This document shows, piece after piece, positions 1-9,317 of a DNA stretch of 35,368 nt. This DNA comes from a candidate division WOR-3 bacterium (GTDB taxonomy: Bacteria > Hydrothermota > Tepidihabitantia > Tepidihabitantales > Tepidihabitantaceae), in the NCBI GenBank assembly GCA_965648935.1, contig CBFGIY010000007.1, positions 1 to 35,368 of the forward strand, written 5' to 3'. Within the stretch, counting starts at the first letter, position 1. Each line of letters opens with the position of its first letter. The position numbers and the translations under genes are program-made. The notes below the pieces were generated by a model. The model saw only the letters and a program-made list of their open reading frames with translations, did not search any database and had not been told where the DNA came from.

Positions 1-3000
1 TCCGGCCCGTGCTGGTAGACTATCCTCTCATCGGTCAGGTACTTGGGCCATTCGTGGTCGGCCTCGTCAAAGGTGAGCTGTTCCTCGCAACTGCCGTCCA
101 TCCTGACGCGGAGGAGCTGCACGTACCCGGTTGTATCATCAACGGAGCAGACCAGCCACTCGCCGTCGGGCGACCACTCCGGGTTCTCATGGTCGCGGTC
201 GTCGAACGTGAGCTGGTAGATGGTGCTTGAGGAACTGCCGCCGGTGACCCGCGGCCGGGCGCGTACCGGCATGGCGGTGATGGCCGGGGCAGTGTTCTCG
301 GCCGATAACCCGGCCCCAGCGCCGGGCGCGGTCTCGGCGTCGGCTGAAGCGGCCTCGCCGGCCTCGACTTCCTCGGCCCTGCCGGCCGCCGTCCCGAAGC
401 TGCTGTTGATGAAGCAAATCTGGTATCGTTCCGTGGTCGTGTCGTACATCTGGAACGCTACCTCGCTGCCGTAGGGCCTGAACACCGGGTTCTCGCAGTC
501 GGTCGGCTCGAAGGTGAGCTGCGTCTCGACCTTGTCGGCGACAACAAAGACCTGACTATACCCGAGGCTATCCTCACGGAAGTAGGTCACGGCCGTGCCG
601 GTCGCGTTCCACCGCGGGCGTTCAGCTACGTCGCCAACGAACAAGCTCTCCTCGCCAAACGTGCCGTCCGCGGAGCCCTTTGGGCCGCCCAGCCCGTTGG
701 CCGCGAGCCTACGGTACGAGGCGACCGGGCCGTCGGTCACGACCGTCGGGCCGTAGCGCCACAGTTCGAGGGTGTTGTTCCCCTTCAAGGCGAGCAGCGC
801 CCCTTCACAGGCGACGATGCCCCCGCCGCCCTTGACCCGCTTCTTGCGCCCGGTACTGCCGTACGACGGCATCGTGTCGCGCTCAAACCACAAGTTATCT
901 GCCGGGACGTACTCGAAGAACTCGGTCGTGTTGCCGCCCTTCAGCGCGAAGAGGCTGCCGTCCAGAAAAGCCGCAGAACCGCCCTCCTTCAGCTTCTTCG
1001 ACTTCCCGGTCTGGCCGCAGTAGAGCGGCATCGGCGTCAGTTCCACATCTGCCCAGGCCTGCTGGTCGAGGTCATAGCGGTAGAACTGGCTGTACTCGGC
1101 CTTGTGCGCGTAGATTGCAGCGCTGGCTTCGTCCAGGGCCAGCCATGACCCCTTCTTGCACTTGGACCTCTCGTCAGCCGGTACATCGGTCAGCAACTCC
1201 CACGCGAGAGTGATGGTGTTGTAGCGGTAGAACTCGCGCTTCTCACCCTTCAAGAGGTAGACGAAGTCAGTATCGCCCGTCACATAGACCAGGTCGGAGC
1301 CGCCCTTCACCCGCTTGTTGGAGACCCCCAGCGGCACATCAGCGAGCTGGACCCAGGAGTCCGACGCGATGTCGTACCGCCAGAAGCCGCACGTGTTGTT
1401 TCCCTTGACCATGTAGACTTGGCCGTCGTCGCCGACGGCCCCGACGCAGCCTTTGGCCGGAGGCTTGCCCTCGGGGCCCGGTGGAATGAGAGTCAACGGC
1501 GTCCAAGAGCCGGTGACGTTGTTGAAGACGTAGAAGTCGCCCTTCTTGTTGCCTTTGGCGGCGTACGTCCTGTCCCCTGACGCATCGTAGGCGAGCCATC
1601 CACCTGCCTTGACCGCCCTACCGCTCGGAGCCACGGACATCGGTGTGAGCTCGGTCCACGCCCACTGTAGCAGCAGGTCGCCAAGAACGATGAGAGCGTC
1701 GTCATCTTCGCTGCCGGCAACGCAGTAAGCGGAGTCGGCGTTCGCGCTTGCTGAGTAATAACTCGCCACGGCCTTGGCTTCGGCATCGTCGCCGCAGTAG
1801 ACCCCGCACTGTCCTATGTCGCCGTCGACCGTGTACGGCTGAAGCAGCACGTACTCCTCGTCTCCGGAGTAGTTCGCGGCCAGGCAGGTATAGCCCCGCG
1901 AGTCGACGGCCACGCCGACTGCCTCGACTTCGTCCTCCTGGGACGCTGCCCGCGACCACTGAAACTCCAGGTCATCGCCGGACGGCCCGTAGCGGACAAC
2001 CATGGCCTTCATGCCGTCGTCGTCTTCCCGCTGGACCAGCAGGCACAGGTTCTTGTTGTTGCCAGTGCCGTTGAGCACCAGTTCCAGCGGCGTGTCGTCG
2101 ATCGACGTCTCAGCGCCACCGGACAGGCCGAACTGCACGTCGTCCCACTCGTCTCCGTTGAGGGCGCTATACATGACGATGGCGGCATCATCGTCGTCGT
2201 TGTCGTCGGGCGCAGTGCCTGCCACGAACACCGCCTCGCACTCCGGGCTGCAGATGATGTCGATCGGAACCTCGCTCTCGCCCGACTCGCCGAACGTCTC
2301 ATCCCACAGCACACTCCCATTGTCGCCGTCCAGCATCACTGACCAAAAATCGGCCGGGCCGACTGCGTCCTCCCGCGTTGAACCAGTCACGGCGACCCCC
2401 GAGCCAATCTCACCGACTGCGTCGATTGCGCTCACGGCTACGCAGACGTCAACCGCGCCGTCGTTGTCCAGCGACGCGCACCAGCGTACGGTCCCATTGA
2501 ATTGCCATGAGGCGACCAGGTAGTCTGCCCCGTCGACCGTCCTCCCTGCCACGGCCACATCGGGCACGTCGGTGCTCGGCACGGGGTGCAGCGCGATGTC
2601 CACGACCTCGCACCGGTCTTGGTTATTCTCGATGAACGGCAGGTGCCACTCTCCGCCCGGAGTCCCCTCCCATACGCACGCAACGCGGCATTCCCTGATG
2701 GGAGGCGCGGCTGAGTTGTCGGTGGAGACGTAGGCCACATATGCGACAATGTCGCCGCTCGACGACCGCTTGGTGACCAGCAACTTCATGGGTTGGTCGT
2801 CGCAGTCATCGAAGTCGAGGAAGCGCCACCACTCCTCGCCGGTCCATTCGTTGTTTGATGGGTCCCTCACGTATCTGCGGATGACCAGGTCGGAAGGGTC
2901 GTCCGGGCGCTTCTTCAGGTCAGGGTCCTCATCGTAGATGAGAACTTAGGCCCGCCCCTGGTCGTCGAATTCAACGTCGACAGCGTAATCCTCCCCTTCG

Positions 3001-3104
3001 CCGCCCCATATGTCCACCGTTCGATTCGCTCTGACGACCCCGGCCGCCAGCAAGATGGCAAGACAGACCGTCACTAAGCTGTACACCCTCTTCTGTTTCG
3101 TCAC
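1..3104 (-). pseudogene. Large secreted multi-beta-propeller protein (SBBP-like, Kelch-like and TolB/PD40-like repeats). Partial at the left edge and interrupted by one in-frame TAA at 2946-2948 (nonsense allele or sequencing error).
   Basis: Translated by hand. GTG start at 3104 with GGAGG 5 nt upstream; signal peptide MTKQKRVYSLVTVCLAILLAAGVVRA; then ...DYAVDVEFDDQGRA*VLIY. The same frame stays open from 2945 to the window edge. Repeats include KGNKKGDFYVF, KGNNTCGFWRYD, KGEKREFYRYN, KGGNTTEFFEY, KGNNTLELWRY, QLTFEPTDCENP, QLTFDDRDHENPEWSPDG and QLTFDEADHEWP. Absent from the ORF track, most likely because the frame has no stop inside the window. Confidence 0.8.
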
Positions 3105-3215
3105 TGATTCCTCCGTTCAAGTCCCAACAGCTTGGCCGAACAGGCCCACCCCGGATCTAGATTGCGAGTGGTTCACCTCCTTGTGGCAGTACTCGTCGAC
3201 CGGCCAGCCGTGACA

Positions 3216-4544
3216 TCATCGCACCAGCAGCACACGCTCTAGGTCGGCGGGCTCGGCCTGGCCGAGGCGGCGGACAAAGTAGACCCCGGCGACCAGGTGG
3301 CTGACGTCGTTCGGGCCCGGCCGCAGCTCCGCGACCTTGCGCCCGGCCGCGTCGAGCAGGAACTCCCCGTCTGCTGTCTGCCGACTTCCGTCTGCCATCT
3401 CCAGCACGCCGCGCACGATGCGGCTGCCCGCGCGCCGCGCCACGGCGACCTTGGCCTCTTCCAAGACGGGCGCCGTCGTGTCCCGAATCACATAGACCAC
3501 ATTGTCCAGCTGGTCCGATACATAGACGCGCGAGTCGACGGGATTCCACGCCATCTGGCCTGGGTAGCGGCCAAGTTGGATACTGCGCAGGAGAGCACCG
3601 TCGGCCAAGCGGTAGACCAGGACCTGGTGAGTCGACCTGTCTATCGCGTAGAGCTTGCCCCGGAGGGTGTCGCAGACCGCGTCATTTGCCTCCATGCTCG
3701 GCAGGGTGTCTACCACTGTGTTGGTGGCACAGTCAAGGACGAAGGCAGGGCCGAACCTGAAGTCCAGCACGTAGAGCCGGTTCAAGGCGGGGTAGTAGAC
3801 GAGCGACCAAGGCGCGTAGACTTCGTGCAGCACTCGCGCTAGGAGGGAGTCACCCTCCGGGTTGAAGACGTACAGCAGGTACCTGCACGCCACATAGACC
3901 GTCCCGCTGCGGGGACTGCAACGCATCCCCCAGACGTCGGTCTCCAGTGGCCACCTGCGCACGACCGTGTTAGTGCTGCAATCGACGACCGCCGCGTACC
4001 TCTCGGACTGGTTGGCATAGAACAGCCGGCCCGAGACCTGATTCCATGCTAATGGAGTCCAGTTGGCCGGCGTCATCTCGATCCGGGCAACGACCGTATC
4101 GGCCGATGCATCGAGCACGTCCACGAGGTTAGTGTCGGAGCGACTGACATACAATAGGTCGCGCGTCTCTGAGTACGCCATCTCATCAGGGTAGTCGTAC
4201 ATCCTGACACGCTTCAAGACGCTGTCCCCCGACCCGCTGATGACGTTCACGCGATTGCTCTCGCCGGACGAACAGTAAACCTTGTTGTACCGCGTGGCGA
4301 GCGCGTACTTGCCGGGGTAATCTGCTACGTTGATGGTCGCGCGCACGGCATTGGTGCCGCCGTCGATGATGGTCACGGTCCCGTCCTGCGTATTCGAGCA
4401 GTAGACGCGGTTGCTCAGCGGGTTCCAGAATAGCCAGATCGGCGAGTCGCCGACCGGTATCGTCGCTTCGAGATATTGCCCCCGCGCGCTCGTCAGCGCG
4501 CCAAGGAGAAGGATGGCCGCAATGGCCGATGTTGACTGCTTCAC
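3216..4544 (-). CDS. YncE/YVTN-type beta-propeller secreted protein with C-terminal sorting-like domain
   Basis: 442 aa; signal peptide (MKQSTSAIAAILLLGALTSARG); repeats ATIPVGDSP, VTIIDGGTNAVRATINV, VVDCSTNTVV; C-terminus LLDAAGRKVAELRPGPNDVSHLVAGVYFV. Confidence 0.85.
   Translation of the reverse strand: MKQSTSAIAAILLLGALTSARGQYLEATIPVGDSPIWLFWNPLSNRVYCSNTQDGTVTIIDGGTNAVRATINVADYPGKYALATRYNKVYCSSGESNRVNVISGSGDSVLKRVRMYDYPDEMAYSETRDLLYVSRSDTNLVDVLDASADTVVARIEMTPANWTPLAWNQVSGRLFYANQSERYAAVVDCSTNTVVRRWPLETDVWGMRCSPRSGTVYVACRYLLYVFNPEGDSLLARVLHEVYAPWSLVYYPALNRLYVLDFRFGPAFVLDCATNTVVDTLPSMEANDAVCDTLRGKLYAIDRSTHQVLVYRLADGALLRSIQLGRYPGQMAWNPVDSRVYVSDQLDNVVYVIRDTTAPVLEEAKVAVARRAGSRIVRGVLEMADGSRQTADGEFLLDAAGRKVAELRPGPNDVSHLVAGVYFVRRLGQAEPADLERVLLVR
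3367..3401. repeat. Degenerate heptamer tandem array inside a CDS
   Basis: ccgtctg ctgtctg ccgactt ccgtctg ccatctc (5 units); translated in frame as EMADGSRQTADG in the YncE-like protein. Confidence 0.7.
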
Positions 4545-4562
4545 CCTGTAACCTCTGCCCGT

Positions 4563-4590
4563 ACTCTAATTCGCCCGCCGGACTTGTCAA
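4563..4590 (-). promoter_or_regulatory. Sigma70-type promoter for the YncE-like gene
   Basis: TTGACA (4590-4585), 16 nt, TAGAGT (4568-4563). Confidence 0.55.
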
Positions 4591-4724
4591 TATCCCGAGG
4601 AGTCAAGCCCACCCTGCGCCCCGGGCTCCCTAATGTCGAACGCCCTGAGCGGGATAAGGTCGATGAGCTCCGGGTTGCGGCCGGTGCCGCAAAGTCCTGC
4701 CCCGGCCGGGTTGTCGAGGGAGAG

Positions 4725-6440
4725 CTAGCGGAGCAGAATCGGGTTCAGCGTGACCGCCTTCTCGATGGCCTCGACCGCCTTGTCCGGCTGGCCGAGGTCG
4801 CGGTACACTATGCCCATGTTGTGCCAGGCCCCGGCATGCTTGGGGTTGGCCTTGACCGCGGCCTGGTACGAAGACAGCGCCTGCTGCAGTTCCTTGCGGC
4901 CAAAGTAGGCCTGCCCGAGGTTGTACCACGCCGCGGCGAAGTTCGGCGCGAGCTTGACCGCCTCGCGGTAAGCGTCAATCGCGTGGTGATACTCGGTCGC
5001 GGCCTCGCCGATGCCCCGGCGCGGGTCAGGCTCGCACTGGGCGCGCTCGAGATAGAGGTTGCCGAGATTGTAGAGCGCCTCGACATAGTCGGGCCGCGTG
5101 CGCACCGCCTCGCGGTAGGCGCTCGCCGCCTTGCTCAGCTCGCCCGAACGCTGCAGGGCGAGGCCGAGGTTGTTGTAGGCCTCGGCATAGCCCGGCCGGC
5201 GGTCGATGGCCTTGCGGTAGTGCTCGACCGCCTCGGGCCAGCGGCCCATCACGCTGTAGGCGTTGCCCTGCACGACCAGCGCGTCGGCCATCCTCGGGTC
5301 GAGCTGCAATGCCCGGCCGCAGTGCTCGATCGCCTCTTTCGGTCGGTTCTCGCCGAGCATGCACTGGCCGAGTATCTGGTGCGCCTCGGCCTGGTTGGGC
5401 CGCATCCCCAGCACCCAGTTGGCGACGCGCGCGCCGTTGGCGAACTGCTTGTAGTTGGCGTAGCCGCGCGCCATCCGCGTGTAGCCGAGGACCAGCACGT
5501 CAGCCAGGCTCAGCCGCCGGGCGTCGGACGCGCGCTGCTCGGCGTTGCGGTTGAACGGGTCCCAGACCGCGACCGTGCCGGCTGCTCCGCCGATTTCCAG
5601 CAGCACCTTGCCGCCGGATTCGACGAACTGCACCGGCAGACCGAGCTTGGCCGCGATGATTGCATCGCATATCGAAAGTCCGAGGTCGTCGCCGATGCCA
5701 CCCGGCCGCAGCCCGAGGTAACCGTCCACGACCTGGGTCAGCAGGAACGCGCGGCCCTGGCGCTGCGATGAGCGCCGCCAGAGCGTGTCGCGCACGACCT
5801 TGAGCAGCTTGGCCTTCTGCTCGTGGCGCAGGGTATTGATGCCGCCCTCGCCCATCATTTCGAGGATGTCGGCCGCGGCGTCGGTTTCTGTGACCGTCTC
5901 GAACAGCTCCTCGATGCGGTCGCCGTACTTGAGCAGGTCCTCGTGCGGCCGCACGCCCGCCATCAGCAGGCAGGCATAGCCGAGCGCGGTCGCCAGTCCC
6001 ATCTCGGCCTCGACCTCGCCGATGCCGCGCAGGAACCGGTCGGGTGCGCTGGTCAGGTAGTGGGGCGAGAACTCGGGCGCGGTCGCCAGTTCCAGAAAAC
6101 GGTCGCCCTCGTTGCCGGGCAGGATGCCCAGCGCGCGCTGCGTGAGGAACGCAAGCTCGATGTCGGCGAGCTGGGTCCCGCCCGCTTTGGAATAGGCGAG
6201 CAGCGCCTCGGCCTGAGCGCGGTAGGTTTCGAGGTGCTTCTGCAGGGGCGAGAGCGCGGCGAACTCGTCCTGCGTGTAGGATATCAGGGTCCCGAAGTGG
6301 TTGCGCAGGCGGCAGCGCCACCCGGACAGCGCGGCCGAGTGATTGGCCGGCAGCTTGCCCGGGTAGCCGAGCGCCTCAACCGACAGCGCGGCGTCGACCT
6401 GCCGCACGGCAATGCCCAACTTGATCTCAGTAGATGCCAT
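4725..6440 (-). CDS. TPR protein with a SirB1/transglutaminase-like central domain (start uncertain; frame open to 6503)
   Basis: Several TPR motifs (AEAYNNLGLAL, EALYNLGNLY, AWYNLGQAY, AWHNMGIVY), preceded by the SirB1-like segment LLTQVVD...LGLSICDAIIAAKLGLPV...WDPFN. ATG at 6440 chosen as the likely start. Confidence 0.75.
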   Translation of the reverse strand: MASTEIKLGIAVRQVDAALSVEALGYPGKLPANHSAALSGWRCRLRNHFGTLISYTQDEFAALSPLQKHLETYRAQAEALLAYSKAGGTQLADIELAFLTQRALGILPGNEGDRFLELATAPEFSPHYLTSAPDRFLRGIGEVEAEMGLATALGYACLLMAGVRPHEDLLKYGDRIEELFETVTETDAAADILEMMGEGGINTLRHEQKAKLLKVVRDTLWRRSSQRQGRAFLLTQVVDGYLGLRPGGIGDDLGLSICDAIIAAKLGLPVQFVESGGKVLLEIGGAAGTVAVWDPFNRNAEQRASDARRLSLADVLVLGYTRMARGYANYKQFANGARVANWVLGMRPNQAEAHQILGQCMLGENRPKEAIEHCGRALQLDPRMADALVVQGNAYSVMGRWPEAVEHYRKAIDRRPGYAEAYNNLGLALQRSGELSKAASAYREAVRTRPDYVEALYNLGNLYLERAQCEPDPRRGIGEAATEYHHAIDAYREAVKLAPNFAAAWYNLGQAYFGRKELQQALSSYQAAVKANPKHAGAWHNMGIVYRDLGQPDKAVEAIEKAVTLNPILLR

Positions 6441-6526
6441 GATGCTCGTGTTTGTGCATTCAATATCCCCGCGCGCGGCCCTCTCTTGGCCAGTCAGCCG
6501 CAACCCGGGGTTGGAGTATCGGAATA

Positions 6527-6555
6527 ATTCTACCGGAGCGAGGCCCGATGGTCAA
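6527..6555 (-). promoter_or_regulatory. Sigma70-type promoter for the TPR gene (divergent pair)
   Basis: TTGACC (6555-6550), 17 nt, TAGAAT (6532-6527). Confidence 0.6.
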
Positions 6556-6605
6556 CAAAGGCGCGGCTTCACTGCCGTTTCTCGACAGCCGCAGCCGGCC
6601 GCGCC

Positions 6606-6634
6606 TTGACCGCGCAAGCGGGCAATTCTATAGT
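6606..6634 (+). promoter_or_regulatory. Sigma70-type promoter, leaderless geometry
   Basis: TTGACC (6606-6611), 17 nt, TATAGT (6629-6634), 6 nt, ATG 6641; no Shine-Dalgarno. Confidence 0.7.
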
Positions 6635-6640
6635 CAGTGG

Positions 6641-8059
6641 ATGCTCCGCGCACTCGCCCTTGCCGCGGTCTTTGCCGCCGCTGCCCCGTCCCTGACGGTC
6701 GACACCATCGGCTGGACCACGCGCGACCGCCAGGCCAACGGACCGGCGTTGCGGCTGGTGGCCTACGACTCGCTCTCGGGCACGCACGCCTGCTGGAAAG
6801 ACGGCATCGGCGACATTCGCTACAACTACCGGCCGCGCCGCGGCGAGTGGCGCTGGCCCAACGGCGTCGTCGTCAACCCCGAGCCGCGCAACCTTGGCTG
6901 TCTCGACTACGACGCCAGCCGGGGCCGCGCCTACATATCGGCCGACTATCTCTACCGCGCGCTGCCGGCCGCATCCGTCTTCACCGACACCGGCCGCGGC
7001 GCCGGCGTCTTCGTCGAAACGGGCCTCGGCACCGGCTTCCGACCATCGCTGGTCGGTGCGGCCAACTACGGGTATACCAAGTTCGCCGCGGTCCGCAACG
7101 AAACGCTCTACTACCGCGCCTTTCTCGGCGGCTACCGCATCGGATACATCGGCCCGTTCCCGGCGTTCGGCCTCGGCGTGTCCAAGCAGTCGGGCCGCTA
7201 CGGCTACATCTGGGCCGTGACCCGCGGCGACAGCATCGGCCGGCTCTATCTCAAGCAGACGCCCAACAACGGCGCCAACTGGTACGCCACGGTGCCTCTG
7301 TCCGACTCGGTTCCCTCCGCGCTCAACCGCTCGCTGCTCTCGGGCAGCGCGGCCTACGACAGCATCCGCATCCATCTCGTCGCCGAGTTCTACGACGGCG
7401 CCAATCCCAACCGCGTCGAGATATGGCACTACTGCCCGTACAACACGCCGGCGTGGAGCCGCATCCACGAGTTCGCGCTGCCCGACTCGGTCCGCTGCGG
7501 CGACAACGCGCTCGCCGCCTGCCGCCCGAGCATCGGCATCAACCGCCGCACCGGTGAGCGCTACGCGGTCTGGGAGCAGTTCGACCCGGGCAACATCGAG
7601 CCGCTGACCGGCCTGGCCCGCGCCGACATCTGGGCCGCGCGCTCGACCGACCGCGGCATCACCTGGGGCCCGCCGGCCCGGCTCACCCTGCCCGACAACT
7701 CGTCCAAGCGCTTCCCCTATATCGCCGAGAACGCGGCCGACACACTGATAGTCACCTGCTTCGCCGACAGCGTTGCCGGCTTCTCCGAGCAGGGCCAGGG
7801 CCCGGCCAGCACCAACCCGGTCCTCTGCCTGCGCGTGCCGGCCGCGACACTGCCCGTCGCCGTGGCCGAGCCGCAGGCACGGCCGGCACTGCCTGCCCCG
7901 GCCGCGACACTGCTCAACGCGGCGCGGCTTGCCGCCCGGCCCGGGCTGCGGCTCTACGACGCGCTGGGCCGCCGCGTCTCCAGTCCCGGTCCCGGCGTGC
8001 ACTTCGTCCGCTCGGACAGCGGCGTACAGCGGCTCGTGCTCCTGCCCGCCGGCCGCTGA
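6641..8059 (+). CDS. Secreted hypothetical protein with BNR/Asp-box-like motifs and a reduced C-terminal sorting-like domain
   Basis: Start moved from 6452 to ATG 6641, which gives a signal peptide (MLRALALAAVFAAAAPS) directly behind a promoter. Motifs TPNNGANW and RSTDRGITW; C-terminus LYDALGRRV...PGVHFVR. Confidence 0.75.
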   Translation: MLRALALAAVFAAAAPSLTVDTIGWTTRDRQANGPALRLVAYDSLSGTHACWKDGIGDIRYNYRPRRGEWRWPNGVVVNPEPRNLGCLDYDASRGRAYISADYLYRALPAASVFTDTGRGAGVFVETGLGTGFRPSLVGAANYGYTKFAAVRNETLYYRAFLGGYRIGYIGPFPAFGLGVSKQSGRYGYIWAVTRGDSIGRLYLKQTPNNGANWYATVPLSDSVPSALNRSLLSGSAAYDSIRIHLVAEFYDGANPNRVEIWHYCPYNTPAWSRIHEFALPDSVRCGDNALAACRPSIGINRRTGERYAVWEQFDPGNIEPLTGLARADIWAARSTDRGITWGPPARLTLPDNSSKRFPYIAENAADTLIVTCFADSVAGFSEQGQGPASTNPVLCLRVPAATLPVAVAEPQARPALPAPAATLLNAARLAARPGLRLYDALGRRVSSPGPGVHFVRSDSGVQRLVLLPAGR

Positions 8060-8078
8060 GCGCGGTCTTTACCCCGGG

Positions 8079-8106
8079 TTGACACTGCCCTTCTCCCCGC
8101 TATCCT
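8079..8106 (+). promoter_or_regulatory. Sigma70-type promoter of the rpmB operon
   Basis: TTGACA (8079-8084), 16 nt, TATCCT (8101-8106); GGAGG before the TTG start. Confidence 0.6.
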
Positions 8107-8137
8107 CTCAGCGGCAATAAACCGCACTGGAGGAACG

Positions 8138-8326
8138 TTGGCCAAACATTGCGAGATTTGCGGCAAGGTCGGCGTGGTCGGGATGAACGTCAGCCACGCC
8201 AACAACCGCACCAAGCGGACCTGGGAACCGAACCTGCAGCGGGTCAAGGCCAAGGAAGGCTCGACCACCCGCCGCATCTGGGTCTGCACCCGCTGCCTGC
8301 GCTCGGGCAAGGTCACCAAGGCCTAG
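8138..8326 (+). CDS. rpmB: 50S ribosomal protein L28 (zinc-binding form)
   Basis: [10 protein letters not shown]...[20 protein letters not shown]...[11 protein letters not shown]; two CxxC pairs; TTG start with GGAGG. Confidence 0.97.
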   Translation: MAKHCEICGKVGVVGMNVSHANNRTKRTWEPNLQRVKAKEGSTTRRIWVCTRCLRSGKVTKA

Positions 8327-8363
8327 TCCCCGCGCGGCGGCTTGTTTCACAACCGGAGATAAC

Positions 8364-9317
8364 ATGAAGTGCCTCATAACCGGCATCACCGGCTTTGCCG
8401 GCTCCCACCTCGCCGAGTACCTGCTCGAGCGCGGCGACTGCGAAGTCCACGGCATCCTGCGCTGGCGCGCCCGCACCGAGCACATCGACGCGATCCGCAG
8501 CCGGGTCCACCTGCACGCCTGCGACATCCGCGACCAGACCGCGATGACCGATGTCATCCGCGAAATCCGGCCCGACCGGGTCTACCACCTCGCGGCGCAG
8601 AGCTACGTGCCGATGTCCTGGGTCGCGCCGGCAGAGACCCTGACGACCAACATCCTCGGCCAGTCCAACCTGTTTGAGGCCGTGCGCGCGGTCGGCTGCG
8701 ACACCCGTATCCAGATCGCCGGCTCGAGCGAGGAATACGGCATGGTCCTGCCCGACGAGACGCCCATCAAGGAAACCAACCCGCTCCGGCCGCTCTCCCC
8801 TTACGGCGTCTCCAAGGTCGCGCAGGACCTGATGGGTTACCAGTACCACCAGAGCTACGGCATGTTCATCATCCGCACCCGCGCGTTCAACCACACCGGC
8901 CCGCGCCGCGGCGAGGTTTTCGTCACCTCCAACTTCGCCCGCCAGATCGCCGAGATCGAGAAGGGCAAGCGGCCCCCGGTCATCCACGTCGGCAACCTCG
9001 AGGCGGTGCGCGACTTCACCGACGTCCGCGACACGGTCGTCGCCTACTACCTCGCGCTCGAGAAAGGCATCCCGGGCGAGGTCTACAACATCGCCACAGG
9101 CAAGGGCTACCGCATCCGCGAGATGCTCGACATCCTGTTGAGCATCGCCCGCGCAAAGGTCACGGTCGAGCCCGACCCCAAGCGCATGCGCCCCTCTGAT
9201 GTCGAACTGCTCATCGGCGACCCGGCCAAACTGGAACGCGAGACCGGCTGGACCCGTCGCTACTCGTTCGAGCAGACGATGAACGACCTGCTCGAGTACT
9301 GGCGCGCGCGCGTGTGA
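8364..9317 (+). CDS. GDP-sugar SDR of the RMD / GDP-mannose 4,6-dehydratase family
   Basis: TGITGFAGS, HLAAQS, GSSEEYG, PYGVSK (YxxxK), FNHTGP, GNLEAVRDFTDVRD. Confidence 0.9.
   Translation: MKCLITGITGFAGSHLAEYLLERGDCEVHGILRWRARTEHIDAIRSRVHLHACDIRDQTAMTDVIREIRPDRVYHLAAQSYVPMSWVAPAETLTTNILGQSNLFEAVRAVGCDTRIQIAGSSEEYGMVLPDETPIKETNPLRPLSPYGVSKVAQDLMGYQYHQSYGMFIIRTRAFNHTGPRRGEVFVTSNFARQIAEIEKGKRPPVIHVGNLEAVRDFTDVRDTVVAYYLALEKGIPGEVYNIATGKGYRIREMLDILLSIARAKVTVEPDPKRMRPSDVELLIGDPAKLERETGWTRRYSFEQTMNDLLEYWRARV

Noticed and set aside
2946..2948. Selenocysteine, pyrrolysine or alternative genetic code readthrough
   Set aside because: The codon is TAA rather than TGA or TAG, the context predicts Tyr, and all three stop codons end genes normally in this window.
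9..3213. Many short ORFs listed over 1-3.2 kb
   Set aside because: All are off-frame or antisense to the single long minus-strand frame.
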